A stretch of 64,000 nucleotides of DNA from Lingula anatina (taxonomy: Eukaryota; Animalia; Brachiopoda): contig CM120645.1 of NCBI GenBank assembly GCA_051362555.1, positions 3,162,001-3,226,000 on the forward strand, in the 5' to 3' direction. Every line of letters starts with the position of its first letter. Within the stretch, counting starts at the first letter, position 1. This document shows positions 14,279 through 26,064 of the stretch, piece after piece. Position numbers and translations under genes: made by a program. The notes under the pieces are model-generated. The model ran no database searches. It saw only the letters and a program-made list of their open reading frames with translations, and was not told where the DNA came from.

Positions 14279-16511
14279 TGTGCATTTGTTAGTTTTTGGA
14301 AACATGTACACATGCATAGATGAACACTGATATTGTTGCAAAAAGTGCCCAAATCACTGAGGAATTCAAATTGCATTACCCTGTTGAGAGAAATCTTGGA
14401 GAAAGTCCACCTGTAGATGACATTTTACATACATCTTTTGTAAGTATTTCAAGACATTAGAGTGAAAATACATGGGGTGCATTATTCAGTGAAGGGAGTA
14501 GATATGAATATCTAGATTAATTTTGTTTAGAAAAGTTTTTTAATGTGAAATCATGGCTGTCACCTCTATATTATTTTCTAAAAAAATATTTATATGAATA
14601 ACAATCCCCATTGTTTTGAAGTCTTCATCTGTAGCTACATGTAATATCATAATTAACAATAAATGTAGGCACAGTTAAAGCACATGGCTCACAAGTGTGT
14701 GGATATGATTTAACTCTGAGAACCGACATGGCACTATTTTCTGCTCCTGCTTTAAGAAGTTGTGTTCAGGTTACATAGGGTGCCATGTTGTTGTTAACAC
14801 ACAGCTGCAGTACAGGTGCTTGGTTGACTTAAAAAGTGTGCAGTGGCTTTCCTGAAGTTCCCTGAGTTTCTAGGGGGAACTATAAAACACACCTATCTAC
14901 TCAGAGGTATTGTAGAGATGTGAGTTTCTAGTATCTTCTGAAACTAAGGGTGCAACTAGAAAAACAGAGGCATTATGGTCGTAGTGATGTGAATTTCTAG
15001 TGTCCTCTGATGTTCCAGGGACCCCAGTCTTTTTTGTTTTCTCTTTTAGAATGTGTATCTCTTTCCACTCCAGTAGAAATAAACAGTGGTGGGGAAACGC
15101 ATAGCTCTTGTTCTTTTTCTCTTTTATGACTTTTCCAGGGATGTTTGTTTTCACTGCAGTCATGGTACTGCAAGCTTGTTTTCTATTCATAAACAATGAT
15201 GTGCATGAGATATTACATTTTTCTGTCATAATTTCAGCAGAATATTGATATTTGTGGTGAAGTATAGATCTGATGCTTGGCAATTATTCACACTTTGGTA
15301 AATTTGTGGCAAAACTGAAGCAGGCCAAGTGATTTTCTTTGCAAATGCTTGAAAAGGAAGTACAATAAAATCCAGCTAGTATACATGTAGGATGTGCGTT
15401 CCTCTTTTTTTATTTCTCAAAAGAATTAATTCAGGTTTTGTTTGGATGGTATGCTAGCCGTATGCTTCATTGCTTTTACAGACGGAATTCTATTCTTAAT
15501 GAAAATTTCCCCATGTGGTCAACATCATAGAACGTACTAGAGCATTGTTTCTTGCTTGGATCTATTGTTTTTCCCACAGTCTTTGGGTCCCAGTCACTGC
15601 TAACTTTAAAAGGAACAGAAGTGTTGTTTTTTAAGATTTCAAAGCCATGTGCACATCTCTGAATTGGAGCTCAGACTTACACATAGAATTCTCACTTATG
15701 TGCCTAAATGATTATTATTTTCATACCATTGAACTGTTTTGCCTATTTTTTTGCCAACTTTGCTTCAAATTTTGATTTGCAGGCATTGTCATGTTCTTTA
15801 AATGTAAGCAAAAATATTTATTTTATATTAGGATACATTGTCATTGGAGATGTTGTTTACTGATTTCCTATTTTTTCTCTATATAAACTAGGTCCTTGTC
15901 TACAGTATCTCCAGTTGAATCTCCCAACTGAAGAACCGAAAATTTTTGAAAGTCTTAGCAGTGTTTTATGGTTGAAATACTTCCCAAAGTTCAAGTTCAG
16001 CAGTTAGGGTTTCAAATTTGAAAATGTGGCATTGGTCTCCAATTGATGATTATGGTGTCTTGACTTACAGTTCAGTTAGACAGCAGTCACAGCTCATACT
16101 AAGATGAGAAAGATTGACAAATGCTAAGGACAAGTTTCTTTGCTCTAATTAAAATGAAACATAGTTCATAACCATGTGCCAGTTTGGGAAAAATGGATCT
16201 TTCTGTTCAGAATCAGGCACAGCGAAGTGGGTGAATGACAGCAGCTGCCAACGCTGTATTTGGCAAAACTCATTTCTAGCATCTTTTAAAGTGTTTTTTC
16301 AATACTTATATAAATAAATGAATATGTTTTTAAAAGGAATGAAAATGTGCACTGCTTTAAAGATGATTGCAGCCTACATGATGGTAACACTTTGAAATGT
16401 TTTCTTTGAAAAACAAATTTAGTGGATAATCTTAAGAAAAAGAACACTTCTTTGAACTAAATATATGGCCATTTTATTCTGGAAAACTGCTGTTAGATGA
16501 ACATTCTTCTC

Positions 16512-17066
16512 ATACCCCGTTCACACTACAGTTGCCAAAATGCGCATTTCTATAATTCGGATTTTTAGTAAGGAATCCGATTCGGTATTGCGTTCACACT
16601 CGCTAAGCGAATCCGAATCCTACGTTGAAAATTTCAGGTTTAACTTCCTGTTTTGAACACTCGCGCATGCGCCACACAGGAAATCTTAAAATATCAACAA
16701 AAATTTGTGACGACAAATGCAACTCAAAAGACATTCCAGCATTCTTGAGAAGTATAAGGTGGCAAAATAAGTTTGTTTCCTCATGTTGTAGTGAGTGGTG
16801 ACCTCCAAATACGTTTGGTGCAATCGCTAAAGTATTAAACCAGCGTTCATAGATACCCGCACTTATCTGCACACATGCGCAGTAAGATCTGTACAGGTGT
16901 CGATTCCGGTAAGTTATCCGGATCGTGCTTAGAAATCCACCTCGCTTGCAGGATTTTGAAAATGCGCATTTTCAAAATCCTCTTGCGTTCACACTACTGC
17001 ATTTATTCGAATTGTGACCTAATTTGCAACTTATCCGGATAACTGAGCGTAGTGTGAACGGGGTAT
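16512..17066. mobile_element. MITE / non-autonomous DNA transposon, about 555 bp, PIF/Harbinger-like TIRs
   Basis: Perfect 18-bp TIR ATACCCCGTTCACACTAC / GTAGTGTGAACGGGGTAT; CpG-rich interior with internal GCGTTCACACT copies and palindromes. The TSD is ambiguous (TA, or TCA/TAA). Confidence 0.85.
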
Positions 17067-20000
17067 AAGAGTGCATCTTTCTTCTAGTAAAAAGAGGAAG
17101 AAGGGATTTCAGGTGATGCTCTTCCTCAGAATGGACAGCATGTTGAATCAAAATAACAGTTTATTAGAAGGCATAAACATTTAAGGACAGCAATTAAGGG
17201 TAGTATGTAGAAGCACTTTGCATTTGAAAAAAGTTTTAAACAAGGTACCTAGCCTAAGATTGAACCCTGCAGGTAATGTCTCACCAACAGATGATTTACA
17301 TCGAATGACCTTCCAAGTCCATATCTTGCCATTGGCTCCAAAAGCTGGAACATGTCATTTGGCTGACAACTCCTGTTTGGAAGTTGTCTTGCAGCAAGAT
17401 GCTGAGATTCACACACACTCATTTTAGGACACGTAAGGACACGCAGAAATGTGGGTCACATTCACCAATATTATCGAATTTTTTTGAAGATTAGTAAGTT
17501 ATGTACTTTTGAGAGTTTGGCTCCAGGTGGGTTGAGAACTCCCCATATTCTTGATGTCTGATTCTGTCAAGCCACCTGTGATAATGCTGATTATAGACCT
17601 TGCCAAAATTTGGAGAAATTAACTCTATTGTTTTCCTTAATATGTGGTTTCTCCCTTGCAAACATCTTTATTTATTTCTGCTGGAGGCCTTAACACAAAT
17701 ATTGTAGTCAACTAGCTTACAGCTTCTTGTTACTGAGCAAATCACATGTTCTTTTCTCCCTACGACATTGATTACAGGTTGCTGGGAGCACCCAGGTACC
17801 CCCCAAAATGAATCTTTTTTCTCCCTAAACATTTATATTTTTCGCTCACCTTAAATTGTATAGCTTTGGAAGGTGAGATGGGGACAGGTTTAAGGGAAAA
17901 TTATAGGGTGGGGATTGACATCTCTCAGCTTTTATTTTTTACTGTCACTTTCCTGCATCTTGAGTTTCTTAGTTTACTGAAAACCAGCTGGCCGTAAGGA
18001 AGTCAGCAAGGCTTTGCATTTCACATCAGAGTTTAACTAATGTGTTGATAATATAAAGGTGTGCTAATTGCCTGTTAAACTTGAAAAACTGAATGTGTTA
18101 TGCACAGAGACAAAGATATAGAATAGTTACCTTGAGTTGAATTTGTCTTTCTTTATCATAAGTACCAGGTTGTTTAAGCTATCATTAATTCAAATTTTTT
18201 TTCGTGAAGTGCTATTTAGTGTTGTTTTGCTGTGGTAATCATTTTGATGGATTATATCTACAATCAAATGTCCTTTGTGGTGATGAAGGAATACATCTAG
18301 AACATCATAAAGTGATATTTCTTTGGTAATTAATTTTTTTCTTTTTTTTTCTTCCTCCTTTTCCTTTTGTAATCCTGAAAATAACAAATATGCTCAAAAA
18401 ACTTTATTCTAACATTGATAAGAACACACAAGTTTCTTTTTTTTTTTTTGGGGGGGGGGGGGGGGAGAAAATAAAGTTTTTTAGTATTCATTTCATTTAG
18501 GGTACCACAAAGTTTTTTCTGCTAAATACCAAAAATAATGGATTTATACTGAGATATTCTGAAAAACCATTCCCATGTAGTCATTGATCCAAAAAGAAGC
18601 CCTATGTTACCCTTCACTGCTGTAATTCATTACAAAGAATGAACAGCAAATATAATGGAGACAGAATTCAAATCAAATGCCATTTGGCTTCATGGTTAGT
18701 GGTCAGCAATTCAAGCCAGCGTTTGACCACTGAGAAGATGAAATTCTATCAGTAAAGCCATCGTGTCCAGTCTGGTGACCACTTGCTTTTTCTGACAACT
18801 CCTGCCGTTCAGCCGTCTTTGTTCATTACCTGCTTTGAAACATACAAATTAAAGAACCAATCGACTGTTAGATTTCAGATTGTGATTGTGTCACTGTTTT
18901 GATATTTCGAGCATGTGGACTAAAGTCGTGACCAACTGGTTTCCGTCCCCAGGGTTGTCACACCATGACAATGGGACAATACTGTGGCACAGGAAATGTC
19001 AATCCAGTGATACTTATGACTAATTAAACTGTCAGTGGGCAGTGGCAGGGGACAGGATAACTGGATGATTGGACACATATTTGAGACTGGATACCATGGG
19101 CTTTTTACTAGGATGTTTGTGTGGTTGGGAGGGGGGGGGGAGAGAAAAAATCGTAAAAAGCTTCTCCCTCTCTCTCCCTCTCTCTCTTTTTCTCTCTCTC
19201 TTTCTCTCTCTTTAAGAATTTGATCGTCAGGTGATCACTTTTCACTGACAAAGTTATTTTAAGAAGCAGTAATGGCGAAACCACTTTTTGGCAAAACCGT
19301 TTCTTATTGTGATGGTCTCGGAAGCTCTGGGTATGTTTGATGATGAATAATTGATGGGAGTTCATCACTTTATGTGAAATATATTGAAATCTGAAAAATA
19401 TTATTTTAATTTATAGTAATTACATTATGCAAAAGAAATAGATTAGTACAGAACAAGTAAAATGTTATCAAATTTCATATCTACATATACAATACCATGC
19501 ATTTACCACTGAAAGCCAAAATGAAAGCCAAATTTGGCTGTTCCACTGTTAACCATATTGTTCATTGTTTAAAACAGAGCCAGGAGACCTAATGCTGGCC
19601 TCAAGTGACCACTGCATGACTGTATGTGCCCAGTGGTGATGGACGTTGGACATAGTGAATGAACTTTTTGATGACTTAGTCACAGCACCATCTGGCTAGT
19701 CTCAACTGTTCTCCCTTGAGAAATGCAGGGGTCATTTTCACAAAAAGAACTTCATGACTAAAAAATGTTCTAAAATTTCAAATTGTTCTAAACTTTTAAA
19801 ATTTAGTCTATTTTGACCCAAGAAGAATTGATTAAATGGATTATTACTTACTAAAAAAAAGATATAAGCACTGTTTTAGACCAATGGTGCTTACTTTATT
19901 AAGACCTTTCCTTTGTGGTTACTCTTCCACAGAACTACACTACTATTGCTAAAAGCATTTTTCCAATGTGTATGTGATGGCTTTTACAATCATGTGCACT

Positions 20001-22359
20001 TTCATAGAGAAAGCTCTCAAAATTATTCAATTTTGGCAAGAATATCTGAAATGTTTTCATTTTTCTTCAAATTCTCAACTCAGTGACCTAAGATGAAAGT
20101 CAGATCCCTCTTGATCCCTGCGTCATACATGAGTGACCATAGGAGTACCACTTTGAGCTTGTTAACATCAGTACAAGGTGGGAAACGGTTATTTGAACCA
20201 TTTAACAATGACAGATAGCTGTGACTGATACAGAAGTGGAACAATTTAAAACTCATCAGTGACAGTAGTCACCTTGTACTTGGAGTCATTATGGTGACCT
20301 CCGATTGTATAAACCGCAGAAATTGTTTCTAATGTTTCCTTTGATATTTGTGTTTGCTTTAAAGTGCATTGTGTTTAAAAACTGTAATATTTCTGCCCCA
20401 CGGGTCTGTTTCACAAAGAACATTACGCTGAATATTTTACTCCCAAATTTGAGTCTACTTTCACCCCCCCCCCCAAAAAAAAAAAGCAGTAGTGGTCCTG
20501 TTAAATGGGATGTTGTGTTTTTGATAAATAAAAAGAAGAGGCTGATGTTTCAGACAAAATACTTCCATGTACTTAATTTCAGTTGTCTGCTACCTCTGCA
20601 TCTGGATTGATTTTGAGCTGAAATAGAGGAAGTCTTTGGTCTTAAAGTTTAGTCCAATTTTCAGATGACAGAACTTTTTTAAAACCCTGTATTATATTTT
20701 CTTTCAGCTGCCACCATTACACTTATTTTGGTTATGTAATCAAAGAAATTGTCTATAATTTTTTCATTTGATCCTTACTTTTTTTTGTGTGTTTTGGGGG
20801 AGGCAGATGATAAGAAATGATGTTTTCAAATGTGCAGTTTAGTTAATAAAAATCAAACCCATTTTATTGGCCAACTCAGTTTATTTTCTTTTTCTCAGCA
20901 TCAGTGTCTATATAGAATTAGACTTTTTCAATAAAATGTGTTTTCATTGTAGAAAATCAAAGAGAATAGTTCAATATTTATTTGTGTGCAATTGTTGGCC
21001 TTGTCTGGTGTTTATTTGTCGATAATTACGAGCACTGACCTTGTCTGCTGATGTTGTTCAGACCACACACTGTAGTATTGTCACAGATGTTGGAAGGGTA
21101 ATAGCGATGTGTACAGAACAGTCTACAGCCACATGCAAAGCCTGATATGAGAAACTCCCATGATGGCCAATGATGACCACATTGTGGTTGTAAGCTGCCT
21201 GGGAGCCTTTTCCACAAGAATTGTATTTTAGAATAATTTGTTTTTATAAAATGAATGGGGAGAGAAAATATTTGGAAGAGACTTGACACACTTGATACAC
21301 TTGTGTATTATGTAATGAGGAGGACAGTCATAAAACGTGGCTGCCACGCCTATTTGCCTGTCTATTAAAAATTATTTATCCTGATTTTTTTTCTGAATGA
21401 CAAAATTGAAAATTATTGATACATTTGGTCTTTAGTTATTGGATTGTTATTGAGTAATCCTCTTTTGACTTTTTGTCTCACTTCATGAACAAAAATGGAA
21501 GCATAATAAGGGCCCCATCATAACACTAAACATGTAGACAGTTAATGTCCACTTCTTACAATTGACACCAGTTTCAAAACAATCTAGATAAGATAGTCAT
21601 CTTTGCAAATACTAGAAATGGTCATTTGAGAAGTGTCAACGGCAGGTCATCTTCCTCTGATACATGAAACATCCCTAAAGTCCTACATCCAGCCTGGAGC
21701 CATTGCAGCCATTTTTGCTCTTTGGTTGTATATTTGTCCCTTGTCCATTTCACAGTTCATGTTTCTGTGTTTATTTGACCGAAGAGGGTCCAAATAAACT
21801 TCAAGTTAATGTGGACCCTTTGGTTGTTTATTTGAAAGAAGAACTTCAAAGAGGAGAGAGAAATTTTAGATTTGAATGCCAGTATTTGTATGGCGAAACT
21901 GAAGATTTGCCATTATTGTGAAATGCTATGCCAAATGTGTATTGGCAGGCAAAACAATTGATTTTGGTCATTGAACTTTGGGTCTTGTTAAATTATCGCC
22001 CACCAATTAGTCCACTATATGTAACAGAGAGGGTTGATAACCTAGAAATGGATTCCTTGGAACTGAGGTCATGACACCTTTTTTTAATCAGACTTTTTTT
22101 TTTCAGACTCACCATGTGTTTTTAAATTGGAATATGAGTCAGAGGGTCACTGTTTAATATCAAATCTTTTTTTTTTTTTTTTTTTTTTTTTTTTGGGGGG
22201 GGGGGGGAGGTAAAAAATGAAAACTAATTTTTTACACCATTGTTTGATTGAAGAAAAAAAAAATCCTACTCACATTAATTGAATATATTGGAGATAATGT
22301 GAGAATATCTTGCAAATTTGTCCCTTTTTCTTATCTTTTTCTATCCTTGTTCTTTGCAG

Positions 22360-22643
22360 ACTTTAATTTTAAGCATGGGAAGAGGAAACACCATCATCAG
22401 CATACTCACCATCACAAAGAAGATGAGCAATTTAATGAAGTATTGCAAAAGAACTCTACTCACAAATGGCGGCAGCGATACAGAAAATCACCACCATTTC
22501 TATCCCATGATTCCAATCATCAGCGTCGTAAGCGATCAATATCCTATGATAGATACGTAGAAGTTATGGTGGCAGCTGATTCCAAGATGGCCGCCTACCA
22601 TGGAGATAATCTTCAACGTTATATCTTAACTTTAATGTCTGTT
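22360..22643 (+). CDS. ADAMTS9: ADAMTS exon 1 (in window): His-rich prodomain end, furin site, start of catalytic domain
   Basis: tttgcag| ... |gtaagt; [19 protein letters not shown]...[41 protein letters not shown]. Confidence 0.92.
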
Positions 22644-24789
22644 GTAAGTATGAACTTTTGATTAAAGAAGTAGTTTGTCTAATATTTTTTTAATATGAAT
22701 GCTGTCTCCATCTTTTTATTTATTAAGATCAATTACAATTGGTAGATTGTTTGAGAAAAATTCCATCATGTCCTTGAAAGTAGCATGTATTTTTATTTTT
22801 GCTTAAACTAAGCAGTTATCAATATCAAAGATATTAAATCACTTGTGCCACATCTCAACCTACCTATAACATTCATATACAAAACATTGTTCTGAAAAAG
22901 TTACTTTTTTTGCTTGATAACCTTAAAGTAATATTGAAAAGAAGGTCCCACATTTTCATTTCACAGAAGGTTCTTTTCAAACAGAAAATGTAAAACGTGT
23001 CAATGTGCTTGGGATTGGGGATCATAAATCTTTCAGTATTTGACAGAATGTTTAGATGGTGCGACACATAATTATGGCATACTTAACAACCTGGCCCTGT
23101 GAACACTTAACATTGCCACACTATGTGTGACTGGCATGACATCTGTTAAGGACCACCCAGGGACACATGGAGTTCAGATAAATGAAAAGTTTTTTCCTTT
23201 TTTTTTCCTCAAAAGAACTTTTGTAGCGTAAGTGTGTGTGTGTAGAATTTTAATATTTGTTTATGAAATGGTTTATATATTCTTTTCTGCCATACAGGGA
23301 GTAACCCTTTAAGAAAGTTTTTTTAATGTCATGTTTATACTTCCAAGTTTTTTCATTCAAGTCAATACCTGAAAGGAACCTGCATTGTAATATTCAATTA
23401 CAGTCACTATTCTAATTCAAACAACATGATTTAATAACATTCTAAAAATGTTTCAATAGTAATACTTACATTTTTTATTTAAAAGCATTGAAAAGTTAGT
23501 TAGATTTGTGTCAGAAAGAACAGAAAGACTTTTTCAGACTTTCTTAAAATGATAAATCTTGAATAAGTAAAATATTAGAAAAAGATAAGTATTTGAATGA
23601 CTGAATAAGTGCATTCAAATACTATAAAGTAATGACAGTATTGTGACTTTGGTCACTGCTGTAGTTGAGAAAATGTGACAGTTGAGACTGTACTTGTGAT
23701 TGTATTGGTAGATGTTTTTCTGGATTGTGAGAGATTTTGTTTGGTTGTGACAATTTTTTTTTTGATAAAATGCCAATTTGCCATTATTAAATCAAGAAAT
23801 CACACCAGATATATTATATGTTAGTGGAATTAACCATTTATTTATTTATTTATTTTTGATTTCACAGGTTGCCAGTATATACAAGGATGCCAGTATAGGA
23901 AACTCATTAAATATAGTCATTGTCAAGTTGGTTGTTTTAGACAAAGGAAAGGTAAGTGGCACTTAATTTTTGTTTTCACTAAAAATTAATTAGTTATAAA
24001 ACTTTTGTTGCCTGATACTGTAGGCTATGAATAAAATATGTTAAGCTGTTTCTGCCAACTCGGTATGCTTTTTTTATTCCATTTGATGTATCAGACAAAA
24101 ATTTATCCCTGTAAATATGCAGCAATAAAGACAACAACTTCAGATGTAAGTGAGGTAAAAAAGCTTGTTAGTAAATAGAATTGCCATATGTTTTTGTAGT
24201 CAGTAAATTGGAAGTGTTCGAAAATCTAATGGAATTTAAATTGAAACAGCATGGTTTGAAAACATGACTATGTGTTACAACTATTAGTACAACATGCACT
24301 GTTATAACTATATTTCTTTAAAGAATTATCTAAAATTCCTATTTACAAATGTTCTTAAGTATTAAGGTAAAAAAATAGCCCAAAAGTTGGGTGGAAATTG
24401 ATCAGAGTAAAACCAAATTGGACATTACAGTTATAGGAATTTACCATCATTTGCAATAAGTTCCAATTAGTGTAATGTTTAGCAGCATTAGGATATGTAG
24501 AGCAGTCTGCAACAGCTGGCTTTCCTATATGTGGGTAAAGTTGCATGGATACTTGCAGTCAATAACATTTGGAAGTTGTAAAATGTGGACTAATAGGAAG
24601 GAGAAAGGGTGGGTAGAAGTTTAGTCAGATCAGTAGAAAGATGGACCCCCCCCCCCCCTTCAGTTTGTTTGTTTGAACTGATAAAGTTTGTTTCAGGTGA
24701 GTGGTGTGCCTGCTGCCGCCCCACTAACTTTTTCAGAGGATGAATTGACTCTTCACTTTAATTTCTTGCTGTGGGGCATCTATATACAT

Positions 24790-24827
<38 letters not shown>

Positions 24828-26026
24828 TAAATGACTGAAAATTTAGAAAGGCAGCATACCTAACATTCCCCTATTATTACAAGATTTAAAAAGTGTTATA
24901 CTCAGAATTGCATGAAAAAAAGACACCACATATGATCAACATACATTGGTGTCTTAAATGTATCTGCTTCAATGGGTAAGAATAAGAACAACCACTTAAA
25001 AAAACACATAACAGAACTTACCAAACTAAACAAAAGCCCCATCTGAAATACGTTTAAGTACACACATTAAGACCTTTAGTCAGTAATTAGGTACCAAAAG
25101 TCAGGTAGGATTTGGAATCAGGAGTTAATTTGCCATATAATTGGGTCCACGGACTCTATCAATTCTTTTAATGTGAGATTGTACAACACGTTACAATCCA
25201 AGCAGCAAAAACTGTACATTGTTGTTACCCTGGACAGAGGGGCACCCCGGGGATCAAGGAGTCCCTGCACGGGTCTCATCTCTTTGAAAAGGCACATCTG
25301 GATCAGGCCTGCAGCTGGGGTGTTTTCAGGGTGGGTTTGGGTCGGGAGGAGGGGGTCAAAAAGTGATGCCAAATTTCCCTTCCCTCCCCCTTTCCATATT
25401 GGGACTTTTCTTGGGAATTTTTTAATGGATTTGTTTGTTTATTATTTATTTATTAACTTTGTTTTTAAAAAAGTATGTCAACCTAATGGCCAGAGCAACT
25501 GTAGCCAGTCTTTATTTGTTATCAAAAGCAAGAGTGCATTTTTATCAGAATTAGACCTGGCGTATTGTGAAGTTTGAGTTCTCAGGGTGGCATTTTTGGA
25601 GACCCCTTGTGTGAGATCTTGATTGATTTTGTATACAAAAAGCTTATAACTTTCACATATGTCGGGGACATTGTGCAACTTTAGGAGAGAGAAAGGGCCC
25701 ATTGAATAAAAAAACAAGATTTTTTATTGTCAGGATTGATTTGGATGATAAGGTTTTAACTAAAAGCATTTTTGAAAGATAAAGTACCAGTTAAAAGATT
25801 TGGGATAGATGTGTTTTTTCTCGTATCAAGTGTCACCTTTCTGATCTGAACATTCCTGATAAGCCATAGAAGATGTCTGTATATTGTTTTTTTTTTATAC
25901 TGTATTTTGGTAGGGGTAGGGAGAAGTGGAAAGGAAAAGAAGTTTGTAGGGTGATTAATGTATATAAGACAAGAAAATGGTTCTCCCTGCCTCTTGAAAT
26001 GTTTTTTGTGCATGTGTGTGTATATC

Positions 26027-26064
<38 letters not shown>

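Noticed and set aside
1-22359. Short ORFs as independent genes or upstream ADAMTS prodomain exons
   Set aside because: None shows recognisable domains, a signal peptide or prodomain motifs. A small exon could have been missed by eye.
23151-23159. Perfect GLI site GACCACCCA
   Set aside because: A single 9-mer in 64 kb is compatible with chance, and there is no clustering.
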